This document shows, one piece after another, positions 15,825-23,230 of a stretch of DNA of 30,241 nucleotides (position 1 is the stretch's first letter; the number at the start of each line of letters is the position of its first letter). Both the position numbers and the translations under genes were made by a program. The stretch covers positions 1-30,241 of the IMG/VR virus record IMGVR_UViG_3300029183_000026; one strand, given 5' to 3'. The notes beneath the pieces are model-generated. The model was not told where the DNA came from, did not search any database, and worked only from the letters and a program-made list of their open reading frames with translations. This DNA comes from a virus (taxonomy: Duplodnaviria; Caudoviricetes).

Positions 15825-16426
15825 CCCTTATTATCTTGGTTGACCTTTATGCCTTGGCACTCAAAATAAATGTGCTTGCCATCCCCATCTTCTTCCATAA
15901 ATACTCGGTATACTCCGCGTCTTTTGAGTCCAATTTTATTGGCTTTTTTCACCACGAATTCGAGGTCCTCTATAGTGATTTGATCTTTGAATGTCGTGAC
16001 ATGCTCTTTAATCATTTCGCCATTCTTAATCTCGTTAATAAAAATATCTACTTTAGGTTTATCAGAATATCTTTTCTCACACCACAGTTGGGTTATCATG
16101 TTATCATCTTGATAAACTAACTCATTCATAACATCGCAGTAAAACTTTGCGTAGTTGTCAATATCAGGGCGTCTTCCATCTGGTTTTCCTAAAACCGCGT
16201 TTTTTCGCTTCTGTGACCATGAATTAGGTATAGGGGTATAGAATGTCATCTCAACGCTGATCTCGTCTTGTAGGCGCCTTAAAACGCCTCTATCGGCCAT
16301 TTCCTTCATGATCAGATAACGAGTTAGCTTCTTTTCCTGTCCTTGGCGATCATATGTCCGACCTTCTTTTGTGAAGCGTGGCCGTTCCTTTGCAATTGGT
16401 TTTCCTTGTATTGTGATATTAATCAT
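15815..16426 (-). CDS. rusA: RusA-family Holliday junction resolvase with C-terminal extension
   Basis: GKPIAKERPR, RPDIDNYAK..CD.MN..VYQDD..I, KRYS..P signatures. Confidence 0.88.
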   Translation of the reverse strand: MINITIQGKPIAKERPRFTKEGRTYDRQGQEKKLTRYLIMKEMADRGVLRRLQDEISVEMTFYTPIPNSWSQKRKNAVLGKPDGRRPDIDNYAKFYCDVMNELVYQDDNMITQLWCEKRYSDKPKVDIFINEIKNGEMIKEHVTTFKDQITIEDLEFVVKKANKIGLKRRGVYRVFMEEDGDGKHIYFECQGIKVNQDNKGCL

Positions 16427-16638
16427 CGATTTTTTTCCAGTAGCCCTGACGCAGACTCTAGCCGGTCTAAACGGGCTGCCTTATTATTTTCATTTTGTAA
16501 CTTACGCTCTCTATGCCATGTCTTTGTGTAATGCTTCATGCATTCTTTGCACCAACGCTGGCGATTTCCTTGCGTCCAATAAAAGTCAAATGAGGAGTCT
16601 TTGATTTCCCCACACCTAGGGCATACGATTTCAGCCAT
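16423..16638 (-). CDS. Small Zn-finger protein
   Basis: CPRC...F.....WCKEC. Confidence 0.65.
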   Translation of the reverse strand: MAEIVCPRCGEIKDSSFDFYWTQGNRQRWCKECMKHYTKTWHRERKLQNENNKAARLDRLESASGLLEKNR

Positions 16639-16942
16639 TGAAGTACCTATCCGCTTTGGTTTGTTTGTTAAGCCTTGCGCAGTGAAGCTCAGCCTTTTCG
16701 ATCATTTTGTCATTCGGTAGTCCGAATAACTCGCATATTTCTCTCACTTCTGTAGCCGATGGCATTGCCTTGAAGAATCCTGTCTCTAGGCGCTTAAGTC
16801 TTCCAATGGTCATTCCCATCATTTCAGCTGCTCGGTATTGGCGCATCCCTATGCTTTCTCTTGCTTCAAGGATTACTTCCCCGAACTCCATTTCGTCCAT
16901 CTTCATCTTGATCTCTTCGAGAATTACGTTAATTTTATTCAT
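16631..16942 (-). CDS. XRE-family HTH transcriptional regulator
   Basis: FGEVILEARESIGMRQYRAAEMMGM....LKRLETG...P......ICELFG. Confidence 0.8.
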   Translation of the reverse strand: MNKINVILEEIKMKMDEMEFGEVILEARESIGMRQYRAAEMMGMTIGRLKRLETGFFKAMPSATEVREICELFGLPNDKMIEKAELHCARLNKQTKADRYFNG

Positions 16943-17884
16943 CTATTCAGCCACCTTTTGATACCAATTTTTTATCTGCTCTTGGAATCCATTCTCCAAG
17001 AATCCTATGATTTGCCATCTCCCATGGAACATAACTTCCACTCCGTTATCTTTGAGACTTAGCCAGTTATCTCTTTCCACAAATATTTTACCATGAAGAA
17101 ATTCCTTTGCCCACTTTTTATTTTTTCGACACATGTCCGCTTTTCGCTTCGCGTCGCTTTCTTCTTTCTTCTTAGGAGATTCCTTGTGTTTGACCATGTT
17201 GATGTAGAGTTGATCGAACTTTTCTCTAAGCTTGCGACCACTTAGGATGTTCTTGCACCAGAAGTCATCGTTGAAGACCCATTCAATGACATGTGTCACT
17301 TCCTCCTCTGACCTGCCATCTATGCGCATGATCTTTTCTATGTCTTTTGCCCAGTTGTCGAGATTTGGTTTCCTTGCTTTTGGATTGATCGATTTGACTT
17401 TTTCAAAAAGAAAGGTAGCGCGTCGTCGACTCGCATTAGCGAGTTGCGACTCTATACCTTTGTTATCTTCTTTTTTCTTATATAATGTGGGGGCGCACGA
17501 TTCGACGGGTCTGCCCCGCACTTTAGTGCACCCCTGACCCGCACTATAATGCGGGTCTGCCCCGCACTCACTTTCGATGTATTCATCTTCAAATTTGGTT
17601 TGTTCATATGCCGGCACCTGGGCAAGCAACATACGAGATCTTCCATTGAACGCTTTTTGCTTAAGTAGACCCGCATCCTTCAATTCACGAAGATATTTTT
17701 GCAGCTGACGTTCCTTAACCCCTAGGAACTCACATAAATAGTCATTACTTGCGTAACATCCGCCGTGTCTTGGACTGTATAATGAATGTATTTCTGCCCA
17801 TAGAATGATTGCCATTTTGGATAGGCCGGGAACGAGCCAGATTTCTTTAGGGATCCATATTCCTTTGAAGTCGCGTGCTGTCAT
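16943..17884 (-). CDS. Replication initiator (N-terminal wHTH, lambda-O-like C-terminal domain)
   Basis: FKGIWIP, CYASNDYL.EFLG; C-terminal WAKDIEKIMRIDGR...W...DDFW.KNILS..KLREKFDQL; internal iterons. Confidence 0.85.
   Translation of the reverse strand: MTARDFKGIWIPKEIWLVPGLSKMAIILWAEIHSLYSPRHGGCYASNDYLCEFLGVKERQLQKYLRELKDAGLLKQKAFNGRSRMLLAQVPAYEQTKFEDEYIESECGADPHYSAGQGCTKVRGRPVESCAPTLYKKKEDNKGIESQLANASRRRATFLFEKVKSINPKARKPNLDNWAKDIEKIMRIDGRSEEEVTHVIEWVFNDDFWCKNILSGRKLREKFDQLYINMVKHKESPKKKEESDAKRKADMCRKNKKWAKEFLHGKIFVERDNWLSLKDNGVEVMFHGRWQIIGFLENGFQEQIKNWYQKVAE
17459..17568. repeat. Probable replication origin: three iterons at 23-bp period plus an AT-rich tract
   Basis: CGGGTCTGCCCCGCACT at 17506 and 17552, variant CACCCCTGACCCGCACT at 17529; AT-rich 17459-17486; lies in the linker of the initiator gene. 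Confidence 0.75.
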
Positions 17885-18018
17885 CTGACACCTCCTTCGA
17901 TCTGAGTGAAAGTTATCAGATTGATATGGCCAAAAAATATAGATCTGTTATACTGTTGTTCTGCTTTCGACATGTTTACTCTCCAAAGTTGACTGTTGAC
18001 TGCGGTTGCTTCAAGCAT
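17881..18018 (-). CDS. Small ORF (45 aa) translationally coupled to the initiator
   Basis: GAGG RBS; MLEATAVNSQLWRVNMSKAEQQYNRS...GGVR; ATGA overlap with the initiator start. Confidence 0.45.
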   Translation of the reverse strand: MLEATAVNSQLWRVNMSKAEQQYNRSIFFGHINLITFTQIEGGVR

Positions 18019-18142
18019 ATCTTACCTCGCAAGTTGGATTGTTTGTGGTGTTTCTTCTAGCATCTTTTCTCTCTGAGTTGAGGTGTTAGAGGTGTTTGCT
18101 TTCATCAGCATGGCTCTTCCGAGTCTGTTTGTTGTTTGTAGT

Positions 18143-18163
18143 GTCCCTTATGGGACTTTTTTT
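18143..18163 (+). terminator. Possible intrinsic terminator, antisense to the replication operon
   Basis: GTCCC-TTAT-GGGAC followed by T7. Confidence 0.55.
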
Positions 18164-18240
18164 AGAGAATAGGGTTGTCATTAACTAGCCACCCTTTCTC
18201 TGTCGTTCATAAAGATGCTATGTCTCGTATACATAGTACT

Positions 18241-18251
18241 CTCGCGTGTAG
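18241..18251 (-). promoter_or_regulatory. CTACACGCGAG box, copy upstream of the replication operon
   Basis: Directly 3' of hairpin 18254-18283 on the minus strand. Confidence 0.55.
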
Positions 18252-18253
18252 GT

Positions 18254-18291
18254 GGTAGTCTGGGAGTGGTTCCTCAGACTACCTTTTTTTT
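18254..18291 (+). terminator. Strong hairpin with T8: plus-strand terminator and/or leader hairpin of the minus-strand transcript
   Basis: GGTAGTCTG...CAGACTACC perfect 9-bp stem followed by TTTTTTTT. Confidence 0.65.
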
Positions 18292-18347
18292 CGAAATATG
18301 TAGCTTCTTTATCAAATCATTATTTATATAATCATTCAACATTAACA

Positions 18348-18641
18348 TTACAACCATTTCTCGTACTTTTCCACATCTTTCTTGCTAAGAAGCTGTTCAA
18401 GAGCGATTTGACCATCACTACATTTTACGATTTTTATGGCGATTAGCAACCCTGCACTTCCTCTTCGGTGCTTAATCTTTAGTAGCGTGTTTTCCGTACA
18501 TCCTATTTTTATGGCTAAATCACGTATGGTGACTCGATTTCTCCAAAGATATTCATCTAGGTCCATTTTTCCTTTCCGATTTCTCCAAAGATATTCATCT
18601 AAGTCAATTTTCCCTCTCCAAAGATATTCATTTAGTTCCAT
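18348..18641 (-). CDS. Cro-like HTH regulator with a triplicated N-terminal segment
   Basis: L.EYLWR three times, then TIRDLAIKIGCTENTLLKIKH....G...AIKI...SDGQI; first gene of the leftward operon. Confidence 0.8.
   Translation of the reverse strand: MELNEYLWRGKIDLDEYLWRNRKGKMDLDEYLWRNRVTIRDLAIKIGCTENTLLKIKHRRGSAGLLIAIKIVKCSDGQIALEQLLSKKDVEKYEKWL
18535..18631 (-). repeat. Three direct repeats of ATGAATATCTTTGGAGA
   Basis: Copies at 18540-56, 18582-98 and 18615-31; two of them share 25 bp (18535-59, 18577-601). Confidence 0.9.
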
Positions 18642-18722
18642 TTGTCTTCTCCGTTTTCCGTTTTAGGTTTAATATAAATACTTTACCTGAGATAATTTTT
18701 TTTTGCATCACACATTTTTTTG

Positions 18723-18752
18723 TTGATACTTAATTGTTGTGTTTGCTATATT
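18723..18752 (+). promoter_or_regulatory. Putative sigma70-type promoter of the rightward early operon
   Basis: TTGATA-18 bp-TATATT with a TG extension, in the AT-rich divergent region. Confidence 0.45.
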
Positions 18753-18819
18753 ATTGTTTAGTTAACACAAGGAACGGTGTTGCTGAATGAACCACTGGCA
18801 TAGATGCCAAATAACGAAC

Positions 18820-18830
18820 CTATACGCGAG
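18820..18830 (+). promoter_or_regulatory. CTATACGCGAG box, copy upstream of the recombination operon
   Basis: Follows hairpin TGGCA-TAGA-TGCCA (18796-18809); overlaps the GAGGAG RBS. Confidence 0.5.
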
Positions 18831-18840
18831 GAGAACCACC

Positions 18841-19188
18841 ATGGCTGTAGATTATGATAGCTGGAGAATATCCAGTCCATACGACGATTATACCCCAACC
18901 CATGAGGATGACGGGTATTTCCACAAAGACGACCTGCCTGACTTTGATGACTGCGAAGATTTCCTAAAGGGAATCATCGAAGCTATCTATGTGACTGGTA
19001 ATGTCGATGATCTAGAGAATTACTTAGATAAGCTGTCAGCTCAGTTTGTCAATCAATTTAATATTAAGCTTCCAGAATCTGAACCAATTTTGGAGAAGAA
19101 GAACAAGAACCGATTGATGGATTGGTACCTGGGTTATCAGCGTGCACACATCGATCACATGAAATACACGGAGAGAAACTATGTCTAA
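18841..19188 (+). CDS. Acidic hypothetical early protein
   Basis: Start revised to ATG 18841 (GAGGAG RBS), MAVDYDSWRISSPYDD. Confidence 0.65.
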   Translation: MAVDYDSWRISSPYDDYTPTHEDDGYFHKDDLPDFDDCEDFLKGIIEAIYVTGNVDDLENYLDKLSAQFVNQFNIKLPESEPILEKKNKNRLMDWYLGYQRAHIDHMKYTERNYV

Positions 19189-19990
19189 AGAAATTGTAGT
19201 TAAAGAAACAGAGCAAATGCTCGAAGATATCCAAAACACTAATAAAATGTGCCAGGCACTTATGAAATCCCCTCACTACCAAAAGATGGGTGCGCCTGGA
19301 ATCTATGCGATTGTTGAGAAAGCTAAATCCATCGGGGTTTCACCCTTAGATGCGCTCAATGGTGGTATGTACTTTGTCCAAGGTAAGGTCGAGATGACAG
19401 CCGCTATGATGAATCAGCTGATCCGTCAGAATAAGCATAGCATTACTAAAGACAAGAAAAGCAATGAAGTCGTGTGCATTTTACACGGCAAGCGTGCTGA
19501 TAATGGTGATACTTGGGTTGAGTCCTTCAGTATTGAAGATGCCAAGAAAGCTGGGATCTACCGCAATCAGTGGTTGAAGTACCCAAAAGATATGCTATTT
19601 GCGAGAGCTTTATCGCGTTTAGCTCGTCAATTGTTTCCTGATGTCATCAAAGGATGCTATGTGCAGGGTGAAATATCTGATGCTCCACCTTTGAATGCAC
19701 CAGTTGAATACCAGAGTGAAGACAAAGTGATTTGTGTCTCACAAAGTGTAGAAGATGAGACACAAAATCCTAAGTCTATCACTGATGAACAATACCAGGT
19801 GCTCGAAGATTGGATGGGTGATAACCTCCTTCTTCGACAAAATATCTTAACCTTCATGAAGAAGAAATGGGGTATCGAGACTTTACAGGAAATGCCTGTC
19901 GAGATCTACGACCATGCGATTAACAGAGCCAAGCAACATCGTGCGCAAGCCGAGCAAGCTTATGGCGAACAACAACAAATGGAGGGCTAA
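19181..19990 (+). CDS. RecT/Red-beta-like single-strand annealing protein
   Basis: G.SPLDALN..MYFVQGK, FSIEDAKKAG...NQW.KYPKDML.ARALSR.AR..FPDV..G; adjacent to an exonuclease gene. Confidence 0.8.
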   Translation: MSKEIVVKETEQMLEDIQNTNKMCQALMKSPHYQKMGAPGIYAIVEKAKSIGVSPLDALNGGMYFVQGKVEMTAAMMNQLIRQNKHSITKDKKSNEVVCILHGKRADNGDTWVESFSIEDAKKAGIYRNQWLKYPKDMLFARALSRLARQLFPDVIKGCYVQGEISDAPPLNAPVEYQSEDKVICVSQSVEDETQNPKSITDEQYQVLEDWMGDNLLLRQNILTFMKKKWGIETLQEMPVEIYDHAINRAKQHRAQAEQAYGEQQQMEG

Positions 19991-19991
19991 A

Positions 19992-20834
19992 ATGATACAG
20001 CAGAATACTCAAGAATGGATGGATCTCCGCAAGAATCACATTGGAGCAAGTGATGCACCGATCATAATGGGGCAAAGCCCTTGGAAAACAAGCTTTGCAT
20101 TATGGGAAGAAAAGCTGGGGCTCCGGCCTTCCCCAAAAATGAATGCAGCCATGATGCGTGGACATAAACTCGAGCCGATAGCGAGACAAGCTTACAACGA
20201 CTATACCGGAAATGCGGCCGAGGCTGAGGTCGTGTTCCATCCAGAACGAAAATGGATGATGGCTTCTCTTGATGGTATTTCACTTGACCGCTCCATTATT
20301 GTAGAGATTAAATGCCCTGGTAAAAAAGACCATGATGAGGCTAAAGCTGGTCGTATTCCAGATAAATATTATGCGCAGTTGCAACATCAGCTTGCCACAA
20401 TAAGTTTAAATCTGTTACACTATTTTTCGTATAAGGACGGAGAATTTCATTTAATTGAAGTTGAGCGTGACGAGGAGTTTATACAGAAGCTTTATTCAGA
20501 AGAGAGGGATTTTTGGAACAAGCTTCAGAATTTTGAACCACCTACGCTTGAGAAACGTGACTTTATACAAAAAGAAGATGAGAACTGGATAACTCTTGCA
20601 CAGCAATGGGTAAATGCTAACCAAGAGCTGAATGATCTCAAAGAAAAAGAAAAACAGTACAGACAAATGCTGATTGATTCTTGTTGTAACCAGAACTGCC
20701 ATGGGGGTGGCGTGAAGGTTCAAAAGGTCATACGCAAAGGTTCTGTAGACTACAAGAGTGTTCCTGAGTTAGAAGGGATCAATCTTGAAAAATACAGGAA
20801 AGCTAACGTTGAAACATGGAGGTTATCATGCTGA
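19992..20834 (+). CDS. YqaJ / lambda-exonuclease family protein
   Basis: Start revised to ATG 19992 (GGAGG RBS); EW..LR...IGASD, RG..LEP.AR, ASLDG, EIKCP, Y..QLQHQL motifs. Confidence 0.92.
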   Translation: MIQQNTQEWMDLRKNHIGASDAPIIMGQSPWKTSFALWEEKLGLRPSPKMNAAMMRGHKLEPIARQAYNDYTGNAAEAEVVFHPERKWMMASLDGISLDRSIIVEIKCPGKKDHDEAKAGRIPDKYYAQLQHQLATISLNLLHYFSYKDGEFHLIEVERDEEFIQKLYSEERDFWNKLQNFEPPTLEKRDFIQKEDENWITLAQQWVNANQELNDLKEKEKQYRQMLIDSCCNQNCHGGGVKVQKVIRKGSVDYKSVPELEGINLEKYRKANVETWRLSC

Positions 20835-20888
20835 TTGGTGTTTTAATTGGGTTTGCAATTCCATTATTAATATTTTTTTTATCAAGGA

Positions 20889-21113
20889 ATGAGACTAGTG
20901 TCGATCCAGATGGATTTTTTTAGAGATAGCGAAACTGAAGAGTTGAGAGCTGAAGTTGTCAAGATGAAGGAACAGGTTAATAATCTTCGTCGAGGAATGT
21001 TTGGTCGCTATGACAAGATGTGTAATGAGCTCAATGATATCCAAGAGAGCATCATGGAGCTAAAAGGGATAAAAGATGGGGATTCAGGAAAAATACTGGA
21101 AATCTCTTTGTGA
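20889..21113 (+). CDS. Small coiled-coil hypothetical protein
   Basis: 74 aa; AAGGA just upstream. Confidence 0.6.
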   Translation: MRLVSIQMDFFRDSETEELRAEVVKMKEQVNNLRRGMFGRYDKMCNELNDIQESIMELKGIKDGDSGKILEISL

Positions 21114-21282
21114 TTTAGATAAATCATATAATAAAATAGCTGCTATTGAAGAGGATTTTCCTGTCAATTATTATCGTTTCGAAGAATCACAAACCTGTAT
21201 TATAATATTTAAAGGTAGCAAGAATGATTGTGAAGAAATTACTCGAATTTTAAACGAAGATCGTAGAAAAAACGAAAGGTAA
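21076..21282 (+). CDS. Hypothetical protein
   Basis: 68-aa ORF in operon. Confidence 0.5.
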   Translation: MGIQEKYWKSLCDLDKSYNKIAAIEEDFPVNYYRFEESQTCIIIFKGSKNDCEEITRILNEDRRKNER

Positions 21283-21285
21283 ACA

Positions 21286-21615
21286 ATGAAATATCTAACA
21301 CTCTTAATGGTTGTTTTATGTACTTCGTGTAGCAGTGGAGGTGCAGGAAGTTATAGTATGAAATCAATGTCCATGCATGCAAAGTGTACAACACAGCCTG
21401 GAGATCCAGGACAAGCTTACGACGAGGCAAAAGATGCTGCTGGAGCCGCTCCTTTAATCGACCATATGGATGAGTACAAGGATAAAGACTCAGAAGATGG
21501 AACCGAATATGCTGCTTTTGATAGCAGTAAGGATTTTTCAGAAGATGATGACTATTGGTACACAAAAGAAGAAGATGGCACTATTATAGGAACTCCAAAA
21601 CCAAAAACTGCTTAA
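21286..21615 (+). CDS. Putative lipoprotein with acidic body
   Basis: MKYLTLLMVVLCTS-C signal peptide II-like sequence. Confidence 0.65.
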   Translation: MKYLTLLMVVLCTSCSSGGAGSYSMKSMSMHAKCTTQPGDPGQAYDEAKDAAGAAPLIDHMDEYKDKDSEDGTEYAAFDSSKDFSEDDDYWYTKEEDGTIIGTPKPKTA

Positions 21616-21627
21616 GGGCATAAATAA

Positions 21628-21807
21628 ATGAAAATATTTGGGTTAATAGTTATATGTTTTTTAATTTCATGTTGTGCATCTTCAAAAATAAATAAAGACG
21701 ATTCAACTAATAAAAACAGATCACCGAAAGCTTATAATGATGCATTAGAAGCTCCTTTACTCTTCATTGATCAAGGACAAAGACTAATTCCTGATCGACA
21801 AAAATAA
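21628..21807 (+). CDS. Small putative lipoprotein (59 aa)
   Basis: Not in the ORF track; MKIFGLIVICFLIS-C-CASSK...KAYNDALEAPLLFIDQ. Confidence 0.6.
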   Translation: MKIFGLIVICFLISCCASSKINKDDSTNKNRSPKAYNDALEAPLLFIDQGQRLIPDRQK

Positions 21808-21856
21808 GTTGTCGTCATATTGAAGATTACCTTAACAAAAGATCGATGGAGGATAA

Positions 21857-22054
21857 ATGATGGAATGGATTCATGTTTTGACAATCATATTCAGTAATAT
21901 TGCTTTGTTTTTATGGGTTAGGACCGAGAGCCGTGCTGATATGCGCGCATTTTCCAATGAGATCAGAGGATGGAAAGACGAGATCAATAAAGAGATGAAA
22001 GACTTTCATGGACGGTTGTGTTCAATTGAAGAAAGAAAAAAGACTGATCCCTGA
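21857..22054 (+). CDS. Small membrane-anchored coiled-coil protein
   Basis: GGAGG RBS; N-terminal TM helix, then EMKDFHGRLC.IEE. Confidence 0.7.
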   Translation: MMEWIHVLTIIFSNIALFLWVRTESRADMRAFSNEIRGWKDEINKEMKDFHGRLCSIEERKKTDP

Positions 22055-22248
22055 TGGAAGACTATGAGGCCATAGAATTAATCGACAGTGTTTCTGAATC
22101 CTATGATCAGTATGGATCACTGACGGACGGTCAGTTGAAACGTGCGAGCGTATCATCGCGCGCTTTCGCATGGGACAATGGAAAAAAGATAAGGAAAAGG
22201 TCTGTCAGTTTGGTGATGAGCCTTGGGAGAAAGAATAGATGGACATAA
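22054..22248 (+). CDS. Hypothetical protein
   Basis: TGATG coupling to the upstream gene. Confidence 0.5.
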   Translation: MEDYEAIELIDSVSESYDQYGSLTDGQLKRASVSSRAFAWDNGKKIRKRSVSLVMSLGRKNRWT

Positions 22249-22502
22249 ACAAAAAAGTGTTAAAATCCGCGTTTCACAAAATACAGAAACATCTCACTGT
22301 AAAAGAACAGGATGAGTTCAATAAAATTCGTCATCTACTCTTTATTGGTGTTGATTCCTTTAACGAGCCTTTAGATCATCTAAGAAATTTGGAAAGGGAA
22401 GGGTTGGAAACGATTCGTAACGCCATGGAACATATTGGTGTTTTTTATAGATCTGAAGAGGGTGCGTCTGAAATATGGTACTTTGGAAAATCTAACAAAT
22501 AA
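22239..22502 (+). CDS. Hypothetical protein, last gene of the rightward operon
   Basis: 87-aa ORF with GGAG RBS. Confidence 0.6.
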   Translation: MDINKKVLKSAFHKIQKHLTVKEQDEFNKIRHLLFIGVDSFNEPLDHLRNLEREGLETIRNAMEHIGVFYRSEEGASEIWYFGKSNK

Positions 22503-22542
22503 GAGTCTGATAATCACACTTATGTTAAGTAAATAAATTTCT

Positions 22543-22755
22543 TCACAAAATAACACATCTTCTACTCACAATTCTTTCTTGAATAGGTCGCTCATTTAAC
22601 ACAACCTTTGCAACCTCATCTACATTTTTAACAACATCTTCATCGCTATCGTTACTTTTGCTCTCATCTTCAAAAGAGCAACAATTCAATTTTCTTGGAC
22701 ACCATTGAAAGCAATTAGTCTGACAATTGATTGTAATTCCTACACTCGGTTCCAC
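22543..22755 (-). CDS. Small Cys-rich protein with C-terminal CaaX motif (SRRCVIL)
   Basis: GTG start; five Cys in the N-terminal 26 aa; ends ...AGA AGA TGT GTT ATT TTG TGA. Confidence 0.6.
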   Translation of the reverse strand: MEPSVGITINCQTNCFQWCPRKLNCCSFEDESKSNDSDEDVVKNVDEVAKVVLNERPIQERIVSRRCVIL

Positions 22756-22835
22756 CTTATACCTAAGTTTAAGATAACCTAGATGTAACGCTTTTGAGTA
22801 TTTATATGTAATGTTTTTTTTATTTGAATTTATAT

Positions 22836-22864
22836 AAAAAAAAGAGAGACACGAATGTCTCTCT
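22836..22864 (-). terminator. Intrinsic terminator of the tail operon
   Basis: Minus strand AGAGAGACA-TTCG-TGTCTCTCT followed by a T run. Confidence 0.8.
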
Positions 22865-23015
22865 CACTTAACCCTAACAAATAAAGAGATTCCAAACAAC
22901 AGGAATTTTTTAATACATCTTTCACTTTCTCAGGTCTCAACCTCCTAAAAACGTGAAAGAAATCTTATTACGTTTTCTTTCCCATTTTTAACATTTTCTC
23001 TTTTTTTCTAATAGC

Positions 23016-23222
23016 TTATTTTTGATTTGGTGTTAAATCTAGTGAGTCTTCAGGTAAACCTAAGTGAGTTTCGACAATATCTTCTACCAATTCTTCCAAT
23101 GCATTATCATCTGGGAGACCTAACTTTTTATTAAGATAAGTGCACCCACCTACAAATGAGCCAAAAACAACCAAAAACACAAAAAATCTCATTAAATACA
23201 TTTTCCATTTAATTTTTAACAT
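23016..23222 (-). CDS. Small membrane/lipoprotein (lysis-accessory candidate)
   Basis: Hydrophobic N-terminus with VGG-C lipobox-like motif; DDN.LEE..E...LDLTP; last gene of the late operon. Confidence 0.55.
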   Translation of the reverse strand: MLKIKWKMYLMRFFVFLVVFGSFVGGCTYLNKKLGLPDDNALEELVEDIVETHLGLPEDSLDLTPNQK

Positions 23223-23230
23223 CGGCCACT

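Noticed and set aside
17930-18631. CRISPR mini-array in the repeat-containing control region
   Set aside because: Repeats are degenerate or in-frame coding, spacers are not unique and of uniform length, and no cas genes are present
22865-23015. Tiny hydrophobic ORF (VKRCIKKFLLFGISLFVRVK) near an AGGAGG, type I toxin-like
   Set aside because: RBS spacing is poor, the ORF is only 20 codons, and no antitoxin evidence was seen
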